Origin: Phycisphaerae bacterium
GTDB lineage: Bacteria > Planctomycetota > Phycisphaerae > UBA1845
NCBI GenBank assembly: GCA_963666835.2
Contig: CAXXGO010000005.1
Location: 224,001 to 288,000 of the forward strand
Direction: 5' to 3'
DNA length: 64,000 nucleotides
This document shows positions 55,969-64,000 of this stretch, piece by piece. Made by a program: the position numbers and the translations under genes. Position 1 is the stretch's first letter. Each line of letters opens with the position of its first letter. The notes under the pieces were generated by a model, which saw only the letters and a program-made list of their open reading frames with translations, was not told where the DNA came from and did no database searches.

Positions 55969-57918
55969 TCATCGCTCCGGACACGCCGTTTGCGACGTGG
56001 TTCGCAAGATCCACCCGCGCGACTGTTGCACCGGCCGAAACTCAATCGCCCCGACCGCTCCCCGTCCCGCTCCGCCGGGTGACAGGCAGACGCCCGCCAG
56101 TGACTGCTTACCCACCTTGGGGCTCTGCAGGCATGCACCGACGGTTCCGGCCACCGGGTCAAACGCCCACGCCCCCTCCAGCGTGCGGAGCTGCGCCACG
56201 TCGTTAAGCACCGGCTCCGGGCTCTGCAGGCCGAACATCGTCGGGGCCATGCTCGGCGGCACCTCCTCAACGTACGTCAGCCACGCCCGGCAATAGGTCC
56301 AGATGTCGCCCCCGGGATACGCGGGCACCATGCTGATTGCCCGCAACTCCACCGACCCGTCTCCCGTCGCAGCCGCCGCCACGAACGCCCGCCACACGTC
56401 CCGTTCGAACACCAGATCCGTCCGCGAGACTTCGGTGGCGGGTTTGCCGGCGTCGTCGCCGAATACCACGGCCGCCCACTCGTTGTTGATAACCACCGTC
56501 ACCACGGCCGCGGTCGGCGAGTAATCGCCCACCGCCTCGATGGTCAGCGTCACCTCGCCCGCCGTCACCGGGGGCGCAGCGCCTCCGGTGTCGGTTATCT
56601 GGCACTGCAGTTGCTTCACGGCCCCGGATGACGTCCGCCCGAAGGGATGTTGAATCAGCGATTCCCAGACGAAGGTCGGCGGGTCGCGGTCCGGTCGTTG
56701 TACCACCGGTACCAGCGACACCCGCCGGATCAGTTGCAGGGCGTCGCCCGTGCGCGGCACGTCCGCGGGCATGCCCTGCGGTCCGGGCATCGACTCGACC
56801 CGCACCTCGTTGGCAATGTGGCACGCCGTGCACCACGCCCCCCGCAGGTTCAACCCATAGGGCCCCGGCCCGCCCGTGTGCCCGATCAAGAAGCTCTCGC
56901 TTTTCGCCGGGCAATGCGAATCAGTCACGTCGGCCACGTGTCGCCACGGATAGAAGCTCAGCGCCGTCGGGTCCTCCGTCACCACGGGCGCCGATCCCGC
57001 CGCCACCTTGCCGTACTGGGCCTTGCCCGTGCGGCCGCCCACCGCGTAGGTCCACTTGCCCCCGAGTAAGGTCCCGATGTCGAACCGTCCGCCGCTGGGC
57101 CCGCGCTCCGCTCCGTCGTCCAGATAGGTATAGCCGCTGCTTCCGGACGCATAGTTGGCCGACGCCGTGCTCCGCGGCCGCGCCGCCGTGTTGCTCCACA
57201 GCCCGCCGTCGAGGCTGTCGGTTCCGTTGTCCGAACTCGTGCGATCCTGTCCCAACGCGGTGTACGGCCCCAACATTCCGAACCGCTCGCCCAGCTCGTC
57301 GGTCTCGCCGCAGTCGCCAAACAGGGCATACTCCGGCACATACACCATCCCCGGCGACCCCGCCAGCCCCTCCTGCCCCGCGAACAGGAGCTGCACCGAC
57401 GTTGTGGATCCGGTGGCCAGGAAGTCCTGGCTGCTCACGTCGAAGATTGTGCCCCCGTCGATCCGTACAATCGCCCGCCCTGTGGTGTCGTGGCGCGTGA
57501 AATACACCTCGATCGTGTGCCACGTGTCGAGCAAAAACACGGCCGCCGAGCTGTCCGCCACCGTGCTTCCGGTCGCGTCGATCAGCCGCACTCCGCCGCC
57601 GCTCAGGATCTTGAGGGATAAGTGCGTCTTGCCCGGGTCCAACACATCGACGAGCCGGAAGAACTCCGGCCGCGGGGATGGCGACAAGTTGTTGAAGCGC
57701 ACGATGCCCCACCCGATCCAGCCGCCCGTGCTGGTCGATCCCAGACTGCCCAGGTGCTTGAGGCTCGCGTGCGGGTCCGCCCCCGCATCGCTCAATCCGG
57801 CACAGAACGTATGCGTCGGTGGCGTAAGGGTGGTCACCACGTCGGCGTCGGTCAAGTTGGTGAGCTGCACCCCCTCGACCCCGCCGGACATAAACGCTTC
57901 GCAGTCAATCAGCCGCAT
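55969..57918 (-). CDS. Putative phage tail/receptor-binding protein: LamG/ConA-like N-terminus plus host-like beta domain
   Basis: LDTWHTIEVYF...AIVRIDG lectin-like motif; domain at ~56272-56673 resembles host protease domain at ~19729-20090. Confidence 0.7.
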   Translation of the reverse strand: MRLIDCEAFMSGGVEGVQLTNLTDADVVTTLTPPTHTFCAGLSDAGADPHASLKHLGSLGSTSTGGWIGWGIVRFNNLSPSPRPEFFRLVDVLDPGKTHLSLKILSGGGVRLIDATGSTVADSSAAVFLLDTWHTIEVYFTRHDTTGRAIVRIDGGTIFDVSSQDFLATGSTTSVQLLFAGQEGLAGSPGMVYVPEYALFGDCGETDELGERFGMLGPYTALGQDRTSSDNGTDSLDGGLWSNTAARPRSTASANYASGSSGYTYLDDGAERGPSGGRFDIGTLLGGKWTYAVGGRTGKAQYGKVAAGSAPVVTEDPTALSFYPWRHVADVTDSHCPAKSESFLIGHTGGPGPYGLNLRGAWCTACHIANEVRVESMPGPQGMPADVPRTGDALQLIRRVSLVPVVQRPDRDPPTFVWESLIQHPFGRTSSGAVKQLQCQITDTGGAAPPVTAGEVTLTIEAVGDYSPTAAVVTVVINNEWAAVVFGDDAGKPATEVSRTDLVFERDVWRAFVAAAATGDGSVELRAISMVPAYPGGDIWTYCRAWLTYVEEVPPSMAPTMFGLQSPEPVLNDVAQLRTLEGAWAFDPVAGTVGACLQSPKVGKQSLAGVCLSPGGAGRGAVGAIEFRPVQQSRGWILRTTSQTACPER

Positions 57919-57923
57919 ATGGT

Positions 57924-58238
57924 CTAACTCGCCCCCGGGGCCGTCTCCCGGCTCGGGTCCGTGTCGGGTACCGCCGCCACCTTGAACGCCACCTCGACGG
58001 TCGGCCACGGTGCCTGGCCCGTGTCACGTAAGATGCAGGGGATAAAGTCGTTGCCCAGGTCCTCGTCCTCCAACTCGCCGATCAGCGGCACCAGCACCGC
58101 TCCGGGGTCGCCGCTGTCTTCGGTGTCGTCGAACATCTCGACCGTCCCGCCCGGCAGCGGCTGCACGGTCAGATGTCGGTCCCGTGGGCCCGCCATCGCT
58201 GCCAGGTCCTCGTCATAGCGAATCAGTTGGGCCGTCAT
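57924..58238 (-). CDS. Phage hypothetical protein
   Basis: MTAQLIRYDED..., ends 5 nt before next start; may join the upstream ORF if frameshifted. Confidence 0.55.
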   Translation of the reverse strand: MTAQLIRYDEDLAAMAGPRDRHLTVQPLPGGTVEMFDDTEDSGDPGAVLVPLIGELEDEDLGNDFIPCILRDTGQAPWPTVEVAFKVAAVPDTDPSRETAPGAS

Positions 58239-58387
58239 GGTCTGGCGTGGCCGGGTCCACCGCCCGGATAATGCACCAGCGCTCCCCGCCCGCCCCCGGC
58301 ACTTCGGTGCGGATCTTCGCCGGCCTGCGCCGCCGGGGTCGGCTCTTTGATACGGTCCCATCGCTCGCGCTGGTTCGTCGCCATCAT
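58235..58387 (-). CDS. Small phage ORF, or 5' part of a frameshifted gene
   Basis: AGGAGAGG RBS before ATG 58387; ATGA overlap with next ORF. Confidence 0.35.
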   Translation of the reverse strand: MMATNQRERWDRIKEPTPAAQAGEDPHRSAGGGRGALVHYPGGGPGHARP

Positions 58388-58398
58388 CCTCTCCTGAT

Positions 58399-59173
58399 TC
58401 ACCACCGGCCGCATCTGGTCGCTCGCACGAGCTGCACGCTCGGCCGCGTCCGGGGCCGTTGGCCTTGGCCAGTTACGGGCTCCGTGCGATACGTATTGAG
58501 TTCGCTCACGTCCACACGTTCCGATCGAGCCCGGACCCCGAACTCCCGCGTTGCAGTGCCTTCCGGCAACGCCGACTCCGGCGTGATGAAGGTGTAGTCG
58601 CGCTGTCCCCCCGACAAACGGTACCGGCGACCACATAGCCCGAGAAGATCATGGATCCAACGCCGACGCTCAACGACTCATCGCCCACCTGAAAGTCATA
58701 CGGCCAGTCCCCCTGGCCGTACGGGTCATAGCTCCAACTGATCCTTGAAGTAGCCCGCCTGCAATGGCTTCGGCCCGCACCTCGGCGGGGGGGTTGGGTA
58801 GCCGCGGGGTGATCAGGTGCGCCGGCCCCAGTCGAAGTCCACCCGGGTCGGCTCCGCTGGCCGCCGAGACATACCCGTTCCCGTCGGTCGTCATCACCGC
58901 ATACTGCCACGCCGTGTTCGCTCCGTGGGCGTATGCCGTGCGGTTGCGGATCTCGGTTGCCCCGGCTCTTGGGCCAGCCCGCACACGTGCCACCGGCCCG
59001 GCACTGGATACAGGGCTCCGCCGCATCAGCACCGTCAAAGCCGCCGCCGTACCGGGAACCGCCGGCCCAGCGTCAGGCCGTACCCCAAGCTGCGCATGGT
59101 CGTGCCCTAAGTCCCCGATGAGGAAGGGGTCGCGGGTCTCGCGGCATTGTCTGGCCAGGGTTCCCTGTCCCAT
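58399..59173 (-). pseudogene. Phage FN3-like protein broken across three frames
   Basis: WQYAVMTTDGNG..PNPPAEVRAEAIAGG / RISWSYDPYGQ..DFQV / QRDYTF..REFGVRARS; shifts near 58745 and 58610. Confidence 0.55.
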
Positions 59174-59640
59174 TACGCCCTCGCCATCGTCTGCTCATCG
59201 CCGGTAACCCCGGCGTCGGTCAGGTCATACCACGCCGTGGTCCCGTCCGCCTTGAGCACTTGTATCTTCCCGGTGCTGATGTCGAGCACCGTCGAATTGG
59301 TCAACCGGCCCGCCGCCTCCCGCAGGTCCACGCCGATAAGCAGCGCGTTCTCACTCTTGGCTTCCCGGGTCGCGGCCGACTTGTACCGGGCGGTAATCAC
59401 TCCGTCGTTGCGGTTGACCGTCGCCTGGCTCACCTCGGCGTAATACTCCCCGTAGCCGATCGCCGTCAGCGTCCCGATGCCGGTGGAGGTGTAGGCCGCC
59501 CCATCGATGGAGATCTCCGGCTGGCCGCCGGCCTCGCCGGTCTCGGGGGTGTACCCGTCGGTCACATCGACAAGGCTGAAGTACACCCGCCGCAGCAGGC
59601 CCACCGCCTCGTTCCGTCGTACGTATGCCGCCCACGCCAT
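59173..59640 (-). CDS. Phage structural protein, putative
   Basis: RRVYFSLVDVTDGYTPETG..QPEISIDG..IGYGEYYAE; AGGAG RBS. Confidence 0.7.
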   Translation of the reverse strand: MAWAAYVRRNEAVGLLRRVYFSLVDVTDGYTPETGEAGGQPEISIDGAAYTSTGIGTLTAIGYGEYYAEVSQATVNRNDGVITARYKSAATREAKSENALLIGVDLREAAGRLTNSTVLDISTGKIQVLKADGTTAWYDLTDAGVTGDEQTMARA

Positions 59641-59650
59641 GGTCGTCTCC

Positions 59651-61816
59651 TTACGCCGCCGTCTGCAGATTGATCAGTCCATTAATCGTAAGCACCAAGT
59701 CCTCCGCCCCGTTAGGCGCGACGACCTGCACGGTAATCCAACTGCCCGCCGCCACCTCGTGGTCCACCGTGGTCGACGTATCGCTGTTGGTCCCGTCCGC
59801 AATCGCCACCCAGTCCGCCTGGTTCGCCCCGAAGATGCTGGCCCCGTCGTCCTTGACATCGATATACATGGCCCCGCCGCTCGGCCCGGTGTCGGCATAC
59901 CCCGTCACGTTCTGGATCGTGAACGCGTACGGGCAGTACAAGTGCTGTTCGTAGACTTTGGCGGTCAGCGCTCCGGTCAATACGATGTCGCGGGTATACG
60001 GCACGCAACGATCGTCGGTATCGCTGGTCACCAGGTCCCGGGCCGCCATCGGGCTCCGGGCGACCTCCACCCACTGCGTGCCGTTGTGCCGACACACCAG
60101 CGTGTGGCTGGTGCTGCTCATCGCGAAGTCCAGCCCGTTAGCCAGCAGGAACTTGTTGGTGCCGGTCGCGTGCTTGACCACCACGGTCCGGGCTCCGTTG
60201 GCCGGTTTGATGATCAGCAACGTTCCCGCCGTCGACGTCCCGGTCACGCTGTCCAGGTCATCGCTGGCCGCGCTCGCCTCCGTGTCGATCGCCATGTACG
60301 TGCTCCACGCCGCCAACACTCCGCCCGAGATCGTCGCGGGAATCGTGTACGTGAAGTTCAGGAACGCCAAGTCGTGGATCGAATTCACGTTCGCGTCCAG
60401 GGCGTCCGACAGTTGGGTGAGCACCAGATGGTTGCGGCACACCTCCTCCCAGTGAGTTGCGTCGCGTTGGTGCAGCAGGATGCAATACGGAATGTCGTTG
60501 ATCCCACCCGGCGGGTCGCTCAGCCGGTAGTCCCCATCGTTCAGCACGATATTGCCGGTGCTCTTGATAGTCACATGCCCGCTGGCCGATCCGCCCACCA
60601 TCTTGGGCCGCAGCAACAACCACGGTCGGGTGTCGTCGCCGCTCACCGCGATGTCGGTCAGGTCGTCGTCCGCTCCGCCCTCACCCGCCACGTTGTGCAC
60701 CCACCCCGTCGGCGTGATGGATCCACTACTGACCGTCAAGTCGGTGGGGTCGCTGCTGGACAGATACGACACATCCAGCAGCCCGTTCTCGTTCAAGTCC
60801 ACATCGCCCAACGCCGCCACATTGAACCACTGATTGTCGGCGTCCGGGTCGAAGTTCTGGGTAAGGGCCGGCTCGATCGTCGTAATGGATCCGCTGCTCG
60901 TGGTTACCACCGCCAGCTTGATATGGGCCGTGGCCGGCCAGCCCGTGGTCGACTCCTCGACCACCTCATCGGCGTCGACATACAGATAGCAGGTCGAGTC
61001 ATCCGTGCACGCAAACTCTTCGTCCGCCATGCCGGTGTACTCGACCCCGCCCAGCGTGTACCGGGCCAGGGCCTTGACGATCACCGTCCGTCCCGCCCCG
61101 TGCGGAGTCTTACTGATCACACTGCCGCCGTTGATCGCGGCCAGCGCCCAGTTGAGCTGGGCCGACTGTTGCGTCAGCCGGGTACTCAATGACGGGTCGT
61201 CCGCGTCGTCCGTGCCCTTGGCGATGTAATCGATTCCCGTGTTGCCGTCTAAGCCCGCAGTCCGCAGGGCGGCCGCCGTATCCGCACTTATCGAAGGAAG
61301 ATCAATCGCCATCACTGCCACTCCGCTAAAAGCCACGCCGAAAACCACCTGGTCCGTGCCACTCTCATACTCCTGATACTCGAAGGTCTCCGCCGGCCGC
61401 GGGTCCTCGCCGCTCACCAGTTGGGTAACCTCGGCCAAAGCGGTGTACTGGCAGTTGCCCGCCCGGTCGTAGGCCTCGGCCGCAAACTTGTAGCTGCCGA
61501 ACCCCTCCGCCACCGCCACGGTCACCTCGCAGAACTCCGTCCCCGCTCCGTATCCGCCCGGGTCCAACCCGTACGGCTGCTCGCCGTATCCGCCGCGTTG
61601 GCTGGTGGTCGGGCGGCACACTCCGTACGCGGTCAACGCATACGGCTCCTCGCCGTACCCACCCGCTCCCCGATCGCTCGGCCACACCGGCGCCCGCCGC
61701 GTCAGCAGCGGGGCACTCTCGTCAACGGTGCCGCTGCCTTGGTCGGTATACAGTTGCAGGGTCGCCCCCGTCCGCCAAGACTCGGCAATCGGTACCCTCA
61801 CCGCCACCCGAATCAT
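59651..61816 (-). CDS. Phage tail-fibre-like protein (possibly two genes; internal start at 61312)
   Basis: Two ~100-aa repeats T+S.G......+.+..E..A.DDL..+...LL+.P......+.+K..TG...W.EV.R; C-terminal beta domain; N-terminal GGYGE.PYG repeats. Confidence 0.75.
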   Translation of the reverse strand: MIRVAVRVPIAESWRTGATLQLYTDQGSGTVDESAPLLTRRAPVWPSDRGAGGYGEEPYALTAYGVCRPTTSQRGGYGEQPYGLDPGGYGAGTEFCEVTVAVAEGFGSYKFAAEAYDRAGNCQYTALAEVTQLVSGEDPRPAETFEYQEYESGTDQVVFGVAFSGVAVMAIDLPSISADTAAALRTAGLDGNTGIDYIAKGTDDADDPSLSTRLTQQSAQLNWALAAINGGSVISKTPHGAGRTVIVKALARYTLGGVEYTGMADEEFACTDDSTCYLYVDADEVVEESTTGWPATAHIKLAVVTTSSGSITTIEPALTQNFDPDADNQWFNVAALGDVDLNENGLLDVSYLSSSDPTDLTVSSGSITPTGWVHNVAGEGGADDDLTDIAVSGDDTRPWLLLRPKMVGGSASGHVTIKSTGNIVLNDGDYRLSDPPGGINDIPYCILLHQRDATHWEEVCRNHLVLTQLSDALDANVNSIHDLAFLNFTYTIPATISGGVLAAWSTYMAIDTEASAASDDLDSVTGTSTAGTLLIIKPANGARTVVVKHATGTNKFLLANGLDFAMSSTSHTLVCRHNGTQWVEVARSPMAARDLVTSDTDDRCVPYTRDIVLTGALTAKVYEQHLYCPYAFTIQNVTGYADTGPSGGAMYIDVKDDGASIFGANQADWVAIADGTNSDTSTTVDHEVAAGSWITVQVVAPNGAEDLVLTINGLINLQTAA

Positions 61817-64000
61817 GCCCAGCCCTCCGGAGTGTGTCGGCGGTCCGTCACTATCAGCGTGGTCCGCGGCGCCCCGGCCGGGTTGGAGTACTTCACCGCG
61901 TCAATGTGTGGATACCGCTCCCAGCTCAGTCCCAAGCCGGAGCAACCCGTAAACACATCTCCCGGCCGATAGCGGCCGTCCAGGTAGAACAACTCCACCT
62001 GTCCGGCCCGCTTGGTCCCGGCGAGCTGCTTCGCTCGGCGGTCCGCCAGTTCGGCCAGCGGCCCGCGGCTGTTCGTGTTGTCGTAGTTCGGGTCCTCTTC
62101 CGTGCGCGTTGCCAGATAGCTGTTGCCTGCGATGAGCCCGCTCGAAATAGTCCGCCGCAGCCGCATCCCGAACCGCTCGTGTCCCAGATCCCGCACCTGC
62201 CACCGCTCCCGGACAGATCCCGGCACTCCCGCCGCGGTCCACAGCCGCTGGTCGAGCCGGATAGTGCAGGTCACCTGCACCCAGAAGTGCCCCTCGATGT
62301 AGTTGTGCAGCATCAGCCCGCGGCCGAGCCGGTTGCCGTACTGATGCTTCGGATCCTCTCTGAACCGCCGGGGCACTCAGCAGGTTGTCATCCACCAGGC
62401 GGATCGCCGCCCGGTCCGCCGAGATCTCGACTTGCCCCGCAAACTCCACCCACCCCGCGTCGTTCGGCTCCGGAATAGTCCGCGTGTAATCCCCGTTCGA
62501 ATTGCGTCCGAAGTGCACTCGAACAATCGGCGAAGTGTCCGTGGTCGCGTCGCTCTTGCGGCTTATCGTCGGCCCGAACGGCCGCCGCGCCGGCACCATC
62601 TCCGCCGCCAGTCCCGGGCTGATCCCGCCGCCGAGGGTCGGGTGCTCCCACCACAGCAGATAGTCCAGCGGGGCCGGCTGATACACCGCATACCGCACCG
62701 CATCCCACAGCCATCCCCAGATCGTGTCCTCCCCCCGGGCCAAGGCCGGGGCATCGATCGTCCGCGGATCATCCGGGAAGATCCACAGCCGCCCCACGTC
62801 GGCCACTGCCGCATGGTTCGGATGTTGCCCGTGGTACTGGCTCCGCGGCCGCCGCCCGCCCAGCGTCGTTTCGTACTCCGGGTTGAACCGCTCGGTCCAA
62901 TACTCCCGGGCCTCCGCCCGCTCGGTCGCCGTCAGCGGAGCGTCCAGGTACTGATGCGGGGGCCACCCCGGCCGCAGCAGCAGGGACACCTCGATCTCCT
63001 GTTGACCCCCCAGATAGACCGCCGCGGTAATCTCGCGCGGGTCGCTGGTAATCGTGGCCGACACCGCCGCTATCTGCCGGGCCACTTGCTCGGGGCTGTC
63101 GTCGCCGAACTCCGCAAACGGCGCCGCCCGGGGCAAGTCATGCGCCGCCGGGTCGCCCATCCGCCGCTCGGTGGCCGGCAAGGCTGCCAATTGCACGGCA
63201 TTGACTGGCGTCGCCCAGATCCGCAGGTAATGCTCCGGCATCACCGTGGTCTGGCTCCACTTCGTCTTCTGGGCGGGGGGCGTGCTGTTGGCCACCGTCC
63301 GCAGGGCGACCTCGTGGTGCAGGCCCGCTTGTTCGCACAATGTCGCGATCGCGTCGGCCAGTGACATCGACTGGCACGCCCCGTCCTCGATGTACTGGCT
63401 CAGCCTGGCCACCAGCGGGTCCTCGGCGTTGGCGTTGGGGGGCTCGTTGACCAGGTGCTCGGTATCCCGCAGAAACTCCAGCACACTTACCGGGCACGTC
63501 GTCAGCGCTCCCCACAGCAAGCACAGCGTGCGTAGGGCCTGCAGGTACGTCCACCGCTGGGCGTCCGGATGCCCGTCGGTTGTCCACAGATGCGCCTGGC
63601 ACATGTAATCGTCCGGCATCACCCACACGCACGGCTCCGGTTCCCGGTTGGCCAGTAGGCTCGGGTTGAAGGTCACCGGTAGGGCGGTACAGCACACGTG
63701 GTCCGGTTGGGTTTGGTCCCACGCCCGCTCCGGGTGTCGCCGCAGGTACCGGCCGGTTATCTGCTGGTGCTCGCCGCATCGCAGGTATTCCTGCCCCGCG
63801 TCGAGCGCCGTCACCATTACCGTCTGCCGCATAGGGGCCCAGCGGATCGTGACCGGCTGGCAGAACCCTTCGAACAGAATCTCCTCTCCGTGCTTGCCGT
63901 ACGCCGCCGTTATCCGCACCCGCGTTCCCGGCCCGAAGCGGTCGACGATGTCGGCGAAGTGCTCCTCGGCGATCCGGTCCCCGTCCAGGCCCGCCGCCTG
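61813..64000 (-). CDS. Large phage tail/baseplate-hub-like protein, 5' truncated by window, one frameshift at ~62365
   Basis: Frame open to 64000; ILFEGF, MSLADAIATLCEQAGL; removing one G gives ..NLLSAPAFREDP.. through YRPGDVF..G, stop overlapping ATG 61816. Confidence 0.6.

Larger units (their letters stand above)
53369..64000 (-). mobile_element. Probable prophage (distal tail module) adjacent to tRNA-Val 3' end; continues past the window
   Basis: Abrupt switch to tightly coupled minus-strand hypothetical genes (ATGA/TGATG/TAATG overlaps), tail-fibre-like repeats, visibly more C-rich plus strand; integrase and capsid not in window. Confidence 0.75.

Noticed and set aside
56818..56832. CTACH (CxxCH) heme-c motif in the phage lectin-like protein
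   Set aside because: Single motif, no signal peptide, in a Cys-containing phage protein; likely chance
61901..62365. C-terminal 150 aa of the 672-aa ORF as real protein
   Set aside because: Low-complexity Arg/Ala/Gly text after the shift; the alternative frame is protein-like and couples to the next gene

Overview
High-GC bacterial chromosome segment whose protein families point to Planctomycetota, probably class Phycisphaerae (inference from DCNxNG repeat proteins, dockerin-like tails, a MoxR/vWA cluster, QW-repeat protein and zinc-ribbon membrane proteins). Bases 1-53.3 kb are host genes: a partial M1 peptidase, lipase-like hydrolase, aldehyde dehydrogenase, a frameshifted rlmD, a MoxR-vWA-NHL-coiled-coil cluster, TlpA-TPR-UbiD, an RRM protein, a block of secreted modular proteins (C1A protease with IPTL-CTERM-like tail, FGE-domain protein, 2.7-kaa S8 protease with cohesin-like and dockerin-like modules), a QW-barrel protein plus LarA-like gene, a hybrid histidine kinase, ltaE, an aminosugar/glycosyltransferase/TolC cluster, an M14 peptidase and a nitrilase-family enzyme. 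Intergenic regions at 17.9-18.6, 22.0-23.3 and 24.6-25.4 kb are mosaics of REP-like palindromes, including a ~450-bp direct repeat bracketing the FGE gene and a perfect 42-bp palindrome. tRNA-Val(CAC) at 53295-53368 is followed by a probable prophage tail module that runs off the window end. Best leads: a putative cohesin-dockerin peptidase assembly, a prophage protein carrying a domain resembling one in the host C1A protease, and the repeat-bracketed FGE cassette. Several single-base frameshifts may be assembly errors. All assignments are by eye; no searches were run.
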